The notes under the pieces: model-generated
What the model saw: only the letters and a program-made list of their open reading frames with translations
The model's database searches: none
What the model was told of the DNA's origin: nothing
In this document: positions 49,193 to 54,519 of the stretch, piece after piece
How the letters are laid out: every line of letters starts with the position of its first letter
Position numbering within the stretch: position 1 is the stretch's first letter
IMG/VR virus record: IMGVR_UViG_3300034022_000723
Location: 62,001-116,519 of that record
Strand: one strand, 5' to 3'
DNA: 54,519 nt
Source: an uncultured virus (IMG/VR IMGVR_UViG_3300034022_000723)
Taxonomy: Duplodnaviria > Heunggongvirae > Uroviricota > Caudoviricetes
Position numbers and translations under genes: made by a program

Positions 49193-49846
49193 ATGGCACA
49201 AGGAGTACATAAAATAACTGAAGATTTTGAAAAGTCACTATGTGACTACACAGGATCCCCACATGCAATTGCGTTGGACAATATGAGTAATGCATTATTT
49301 TTAGCATTATATTATGAAAAAAATATAAAAAAAACATTAACAAGTGACAGTGTAGATTGTCCATCTAAAACATATCCATCTGTTCCTTGTGAAATAATTC
49401 ATGCTGGACTTAAAGTTAATTTTATTCCTGTGGAAGGAAAAACAATTAAAGGTTCATATAGATTATCACCATCTAATGTTATCGATTCGGCATTAAGTTT
49501 TACCGCTAATATGTATCAATCAGGAACACATATGTGTTTATCGTTTACTGGACCATATAAAACCTTAAAATTAAGTAAAGGTGGTGCAATTTTAACTGAT
49601 GACTATGATGCAATGTTATGGTTTAAAAGAGCAAGATTTAGTGGTAGAAGAGAATGTTCTTACCATGATGATAATTTTGATATGTTAGGTTGGAATTTTT
49701 ATATGATGCCAGAACTTGCGGCAAGAGGGTTATTAATGATGAGTCAATTTTATAACTTGGATGGAACAAAAAAACAAAACGAGGATTTGGAATTACCATA
49801 TCCTGATTTATCTAAATTTGAAATATATAAAAGTAAAAAAATATGA
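49193..49846 (+). CDS. Short DegT-like aminotransferase
   Basis: DSA, LSFTGPYKTL..GGAILT, GWNFYM; only 217 aa. Confidence 0.75.
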   Translation: MAQGVHKITEDFEKSLCDYTGSPHAIALDNMSNALFLALYYEKNIKKTLTSDSVDCPSKTYPSVPCEIIHAGLKVNFIPVEGKTIKGSYRLSPSNVIDSALSFTANMYQSGTHMCLSFTGPYKTLKLSKGGAILTDDYDAMLWFKRARFSGRRECSYHDDNFDMLGWNFYMMPELAARGLLMMSQFYNLDGTKKQNEDLELPYPDLSKFEIYKSKKI

Positions 49847-50595
49847 GAGTTGACCAAGTTTATGTATCTAATTCAATAAGGTTTTTCAAAGACGGTTTAT
49901 TAAAAAGATATAAATTAAAAGAATATTATGACATAAATAAACCGGCTTTGTTTTTCGGACTTTCGGAAAGTAGCAACTTAATTAAAGAACACCAAGGAAT
50001 TAAAATACTTTTACCGTGTACACCAAATGATTATCCTAATATTAGTAATTATGAAAATACTTTTTTTATATGTTCGGAGAATTATAATTTACCTTATAAT
50101 GTTGTTAGGAAAAGTATCACTCCCGAGATTAAAGATTATAGTATGTTTACTCCAAATGTTTTGGGGGATAAAGTTTATTATTATAGTGGATTTAAACACG
50201 GATGGAATTGGAAAAATAATATTATAGACGAAATACAGAAAAATATTAATTTTGAAATAATCACAACATCACATGAGAATTTAAAAGATTATTATGATAT
50301 AAAACATCTTAAAGATAATTTTTATGATAAATGTTTTTTAAATTTAAATTTTAGTGGTGGCAATGGTTTAGCAACTGTAAAGGAATTAGGATTAATGGGT
50401 AGAAAAACTGTCTTTAAATCAGGACATAAAAATAACATACAGAGGTTGGAATTTCCCAATTTCATTAATTATTCTTCAATTGAAGATGTTATTGAAATTA
50501 TTGAAAACGAAAGTAAAAAAATTGGAACAATACAACCTTCCATAGATGCGCATAATGTTGGTGATGAATGGCTTAATTTAAATTATTGGTTATAA
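49843..50595 (+). CDS. Hypothetical, possibly GT-B-like
   Basis: GNGLATVKELGLMGRKT resembles a GT-B donor-binding segment. Confidence 0.5.
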   Translation: MRVDQVYVSNSIRFFKDGLLKRYKLKEYYDINKPALFFGLSESSNLIKEHQGIKILLPCTPNDYPNISNYENTFFICSENYNLPYNVVRKSITPEIKDYSMFTPNVLGDKVYYYSGFKHGWNWKNNIIDEIQKNINFEIITTSHENLKDYYDIKHLKDNFYDKCFLNLNFSGGNGLATVKELGLMGRKTVFKSGHKNNIQRLEFPNFINYSSIEDVIEIIENESKKIGTIQPSIDAHNVGDEWLNLNYWL

Positions 50596-50605
50596 AATTA
50601 AAAAA

Positions 50606-51556
50606 ATGAAAGATTTAATTGTAATAACGGCACATTGCCCAACTGAAGAACAAGAATTAGAATTGGAAAAATGTATCAACTCAGTAGTTGGTATGGACGC
50701 ACATATCCTATTAATTTCACACACTCACATTCCAATACATATACAGAAAAAATGTAATTATTATGTGTATGATTATAATAACGAGACATCAACTGACCAT
50801 AATTTAATTGGATATAAACATTACAGATTTGACGGTAAAATAATTCAATCAAAATTTTTTCATAAAACATTTTATGGGTTTGCTATTTATAGAATGTTTT
50901 GTATTGCCAGTCAAATTGCAATAAATTTTGGTTATGAAAATATACACTACATTGAATATGATTGTGAGTTATTAGATAAAAATTTAATTAATGAAAATAG
51001 TAAATTACTTGAAAATTATGACTCGGTAATTTATACCGATAATGGAAAAGAAAATGGGTTTTTATTTGGTTCATTTAAATCATTTAAAGTTAAAACGTTA
51101 CCTGAAAATTTTAAAAATTATAACAAATCATTTATTGAAGATGAAATAAAGAAATCTGAAATTAAACATTTGGAGTTTTTTAGTAAAAATCTTTTCACAA
51201 ACTCAGGTAAAGTTTTTTTCGGTAATGAACCCTCAAACGAAAGATTTAAAAGAGGTAAATGGTTTTATAATAGAGATTTACATTATACTTTTTTTTATAA
51301 TCCATTAGATAAAACTTTAAATATTTTTTATAATTCACAAAAAGATAAAATTGAAAAAATTTTTGTGATGGTTAATAATCAAAAAACAGTAAAGATTGAA
51401 ATACAACCAAATTGTTGGTATATTAAACCATTGGGTATTTTTGATGAAATAAACAATGTTAGAATAGATAATTCAGAAAAGATAATTTATGAGTTATCTT
51501 TTGATAAAGAATTTAGAGATTTTTTTAAAATAAATTCATACATTTCAAATGAATAA
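50606..51556 (+). CDS. Hypothetical, possibly GT-A-like
   Basis: LIVITAH, LISH, YIEYD. Confidence 0.5.
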   Translation: MKDLIVITAHCPTEEQELELEKCINSVVGMDAHILLISHTHIPIHIQKKCNYYVYDYNNETSTDHNLIGYKHYRFDGKIIQSKFFHKTFYGFAIYRMFCIASQIAINFGYENIHYIEYDCELLDKNLINENSKLLENYDSVIYTDNGKENGFLFGSFKSFKVKTLPENFKNYNKSFIEDEIKKSEIKHLEFFSKNLFTNSGKVFFGNEPSNERFKRGKWFYNRDLHYTFFYNPLDKTLNIFYNSQKDKIEKIFVMVNNQKTVKIEIQPNCWYIKPLGIFDEINNVRIDNSEKIIYELSFDKEFRDFFKINSYISNE

Positions 51557-51584
51557 ATTCAAATTTTATAATTAAAAAATTAGA

Positions 51585-51821
51585 TTAACCATTTTCATTT
51601 AATCGTTGAGTCAATTCATTAGTTAATATACGAATCCATTCGTCTTTTGTTTTCCCATTGTATGGGTCGGGTATTTCGGTTAGACCCACGCCACGTAAAC
51701 ATAAAATAGTGTTCTGAATGTGACTAGAGGTCATATAAAAAATAGGTGTATCCCGACCATTTTGAGACCTCCAACAGACATTCCTATCAAATATTTCCCC
51801 CCTTAAGAATTTAAACTCCAT
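51585..51821 (-). CDS. Small protein with N-terminal FKFLRG tag
   Basis: Start MEFKFLRG 3 nt after a promoter -7 box. Confidence 0.65.
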   Translation of the reverse strand: MEFKFLRGEIFDRNVCWRSQNGRDTPIFYMTSSHIQNTILCLRGVGLTEIPDPYNGKTKDEWIRILTNELTQRLNENG

Positions 51822-51824
51822 AAA

Positions 51825-51872
51825 CAAAGATAAGATTAATTTTGTATATTCCAAATAATATCCTTATCTTTG
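51825..51872. promoter_or_regulatory. Overlapping divergent Bacteroidota-type promoters
   Basis: Minus TTTG-N19-TATCTTTG (51855-51825); plus TTTG-N20-TATCTTTG (51841-51872). Confidence 0.7.
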
Positions 51873-51979
51873 TTATATGAATATATCAATAACTTTATCG
51901 TTGGTTCTTTTACTTCTCCCTTATGAGATGGAAAAAACCATAAACAAATTAAATTAAAAGATATAAAAATTTATAAAAT

Positions 51980-52231
51980 ATGATATTCATTTTATTCTAC
52001 ATAATAGGATTTATCCTAACACTAACATTCTTAAAGTTATTCGGTAAGAAGATGGAGATTGATTATGACCCACCACACGATGAGGATTATGACGACTATA
52101 AAAATAATGCTGAGGCCTATCTATTCTTTTCATTGAGTTGGTTTGTAACGGCACCAATGTTTATTGTTGTTGCAACGATTCAGTTGTTATATAAATTCAC
52201 CCAATGGTTTATGAAATACCCAAACGTTTAA
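51980..52231 (+). CDS. Two-TM membrane protein
   Basis: Hydrophobic ends, acidic loop. Confidence 0.6.
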   Translation: MIFILFYIIGFILTLTFLKLFGKKMEIDYDPPHDEDYDDYKNNAEAYLFFSLSWFVTAPMFIVVATIQLLYKFTQWFMKYPNV

Positions 52232-52232
52232 T

Positions 52233-52433
52233 ATGATACTACTAATATACTGGATACTAACAACAATATATGGAACATATTGGTTGGTTAAACACCCATC
52301 AGACAGAAGATACGAGGATGATGATGAATTTACATTATTGGAAGTTATTGCTAAGACCGTTCCTGCCGCATTATTATCGTGGCTATTTGTCCCAATGTTT
52401 TTATTACATCAAATTAAATTTAAAAGAAGGTGA
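52233..52433 (+). CDS. Two-TM membrane protein
   Basis: Same architecture as upstream gene. Confidence 0.6.
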   Translation: MILLIYWILTTIYGTYWLVKHPSDRRYEDDDEFTLLEVIAKTVPAALLSWLFVPMFLLHQIKFKRR

Positions 52434-52603
52434 TTGAATTTAAATTTCTTAATGAGAACACAGACAATCGACCCAAAACAAGGGACGAGGTACTTATTAT
52501 AGTTAGAGATAACCTAAACATACTATTCGATGGGAATTATAGAAATCATGTTGATATAGACGACATCGTTGAACAAGTGTGTAGAAATTTAAGAATAGAA
52601 TAA
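52430..52603 (+). CDS. 57-aa protein with N-terminal FKFLNE tag
   Basis: Own translation (GTGA-coupled) MIEFKFLNENTDN... Confidence 0.6.
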   Translation: MIEFKFLNENTDNRPKTRDEVLIIVRDNLNILFDGNYRNHVDIDDIVEQVCRNLRIE

Positions 52604-52604
52604 A

Positions 52605-52793
52605 ATGGATGTATTAGAACAATACGAAAGGTATAATAAAATATATCAGATTGAATTAAGAGAAGTTGCGACACCATATCATTTACAACTTATGAAAGAG
52701 ATTGATATGTTGGAGAAATTAACAATAGATGAATTTAAAGAAAAGTTAAACAACCCTGAATTTAAAAAGAAATATGGGACTCTCAACATTTAG
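52605..52793 (+). CDS. Hypothetical protein
   Basis: ORF. Confidence 0.5.
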   Translation: MDVLEQYERYNKIYQIELREVATPYHLQLMKEIDMLEKLTIDEFKEKLNNPEFKKKYGTLNI

Positions 52794-53223
52794 ATTTTTA
52801 AGGGGAATAATCAGTGCAAGAATAGTTAACATAGAAGAAAGATTAACATTAGCACAACCAAGATATCCAAGGATACCTATGGGTCAAATTCCATATCCTG
52901 AAAATTGTGAAACACCAGGAGAAAAAAGAACATTTAGATTAGGATGGAGAGCTTGTGAAAGAGGTATGGAGATACATGAAAACCTATACAGTAATCAAGA
53001 AAATTTAATTTATTCATTACATAGAATATGGGAAAGTGGATATCTTGAATGTTTTCTTCACCACCCATCAAGACAAATACAACCAACCGATGAGGAGTCT
53101 TATCAGGAGGGATGGGCAACCGCTCAATTAGGTCTCCCATTAAACGAAAACCCACATACATACGGGTCACATCAATTTAATATGTGGTATGTGGGGTGGA
53201 ATGACTTTGTGGATAACCATTAG
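52774..53223 (+). CDS. FRFLRG-tagged protein with two Rmf/CrpP-like repeats
   Basis: GWRACERG..ENLY..WESGY and GWATAQLG..ENPH..WYVGW. Confidence 0.6.
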   Translation: MGLSTFRFLRGIISARIVNIEERLTLAQPRYPRIPMGQIPYPENCETPGEKRTFRLGWRACERGMEIHENLYSNQENLIYSLHRIWESGYLECFLHHPSRQIQPTDEESYQEGWATAQLGLPLNENPHTYGSHQFNMWYVGWNDFVDNH

Positions 53224-53263
53224 AATATTTCGTATATTCAAACTAATATCTTATATTTGTATC

Positions 53264-53725
53264 ATGACCGACGCTCAAATAGTAATATCAGTAATTTTTG
53301 CTGTGATATTTTTCGTAATTCTTATCTTTAATGTGGTTTCATACCCAAACGTGAAATTATATAAAAAGAAATATGATGAGTTGGAACGCGGTGTGTATAA
53401 GTATGAACCAGCAGAACATACTGAATCAAATTATTTTTATCTATACAGTTATGATATTACTACCTTAACATTTACTCGCACCGATGTTGCTATTATATTC
53501 TTTTTAGATGGTGATATAAAACTAACGGATAATTCATACATACACAAAAGTCATTTGTTTATGTCGTTTGTTAAATGGTATCATTGGAGAAAGTTTCAAA
53601 AGTTAAAAGATGAGTTGGTTGAGACATATAATATTAGAAATCAAAGAGGTCGTTATGAACAATCCCATCAGGAACGATATATGAAACAACAGAACAAATT
53701 AGATTTTAAATTTTTTAGAGGATGA
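53264..53725 (+). CDS. Membrane-anchored protein ending FKFFRG
   Basis: Start MTDAQ 4 nt after TATATTTG; N-terminal TM. Confidence 0.65.
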   Translation: MTDAQIVISVIFAVIFFVILIFNVVSYPNVKLYKKKYDELERGVYKYEPAEHTESNYFYLYSYDITTLTFTRTDVAIIFFLDGDIKLTDNSYIHKSHLFMSFVKWYHWRKFQKLKDELVETYNIRNQRGRYEQSHQERYMKQQNKLDFKFFRG

Positions 53726-54186
53726 TAAAACCATTTAAATTTTTTGAAGGTAGAATAAAAAGGTTGTATCATTATAATGCTCCGTACATATCATTGCTAC
53801 GAACTCCGCCAGGTAGTTATTACGATAGAACAATTAATCCAGATTTGTATGGTGGAGTAAGATTGAGTGAGTTATCAGATAGAGTTCAACAAATAGTGAG
53901 AAGTCCAGAATATATACCAGCAGGTTATGTTCAAGTGCCAATACCACAAACTTTTTATGATGGATTTGTTATCAGTCGTGTAAGAACTAAAATGAGACGA
54001 AATATAAGTTGGAGAGGGTATGAAACTTCTATACAAGAAAGAAATGGTGAGGTAATAATATTAAAGATTGTAAGTGGAATTAATATTGGTGGAATGTTTC
54101 ACATAGTTTATTTAATTACAAGAGACGGGAATACTGAAAATTATAGAGTAAGTGTCCCATTAGTCAATTTACAAAGAAGAGGATAA
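53722..54186 (+). CDS. Protein with N-terminal FKFFEG tag
   Basis: MIKPFKFFEGRIKRLYHY. Confidence 0.65.
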   Translation: MIKPFKFFEGRIKRLYHYNAPYISLLRTPPGSYYDRTINPDLYGGVRLSELSDRVQQIVRSPEYIPAGYVQVPIPQTFYDGFVISRVRTKMRRNISWRGYETSIQERNGEVIILKIVSGINIGGMFHIVYLITRDGNTENYRVSVPLVNLQRRG

Positions 54187-54187
54187 T

Positions 54188-54451
54188 ATGGCAAAAGCAA
54201 GAAAGATTTTATCAAACACTATAAGTGAATTGTTAAAAGAAACATCGTTGGAAACAAGAATTAAAATGTCATGTTGGTTTATGATTAACAATCTTATTCA
54301 TGAATCAGGCGCAAGAGAAGAAGCTGCGTGGGATGAAACAAATCCAAAAGACATTGAGATGATGAAACTATTGGATGATAAAACAAAAGAACTAACGGAA
54401 ACAATATTAAGAAATATTAAAGAATGGGAAGAAGATGGTAAACCAATTTAA
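54188..54451 (+). CDS. Hypothetical protein
   Basis: ORF. Confidence 0.55.
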   Translation: MAKARKILSNTISELLKETSLETRIKMSCWFMINNLIHESGAREEAAWDETNPKDIEMMKLLDDKTKELTETILRNIKEWEEDGKPI

Positions 54452-54519
54452 ATTTTTTGAGGGGAGACCAAAAAGATTATATCACTACGACCTATTGGTT
54501 GGAGGTGTACCTGTTGAGG
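54435..54519 (+). CDS. 3'-partial protein with N-terminal FKFFEG tag
   Basis: Own translation MVNQFKFFEGRPKRLYHYDLLVGG... Confidence 0.6.
   Translation, partial: MVNQFKFFEGRPKRLYHYDLLVGGVPVE

Noticed and set aside
53705..53722. FKF tag as a DNA/RNA motif (slippery T run or SD-like AGAGG)
   Set aside because: Copies are always in frame with synonymous variation, and several lack the T run or AGG; not fully excluded
1..54519. Stop-codon reassignment as in some Bacteroidota phages
   Set aside because: Known families are full length in code 11; TGA and TAG end genes at coupled junctions

Overview
AT-rich, densely coding fragment of a large T4-like (jumbo) phage genome. It reads in the standard code. 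The host is probably Bacteroidota, since at least 8 TTTG-N19/20-TAnnTTTG promoters precede genes. Left to right: (i) an FkbM methyltransferase fused to an Aah/TibC-type protein glycosyltransferase, directly upstream of a Gly/Ser/Thr-rich tail fibre with an S74 chaperone; (ii) a ~14.5-kb minus-strand island of glycosyltransferases, NDP-sugar enzymes and methyltransferases; (iii) orphan DNA methyltransferases, two PcfJ-like paralogues and an iscU-ferredoxin-iscA module; (iv) an M23 murein hydrolase, rmlC, a second ferredoxin, a DnaA domain IV protein and an FG-GAP lipoprotein; (v) SGNH, LpxH-like and HNH genes, a BKACE-acyltransferase-DegT cluster and many small ORFs. The most striking unexplained signal is a short peptide tag, F-[KR]-F-[FL]-[RHE]-G, at the extreme N- or C-terminus of at least 11 mostly unrelated small proteins. 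These include a stand-alone gp23-like major capsid fragment and a tandem Rmf-like protein. All family calls come from motif recognition by eye; no searches were run. No tRNA, rRNA, CRISPR array or IS element was recognised.
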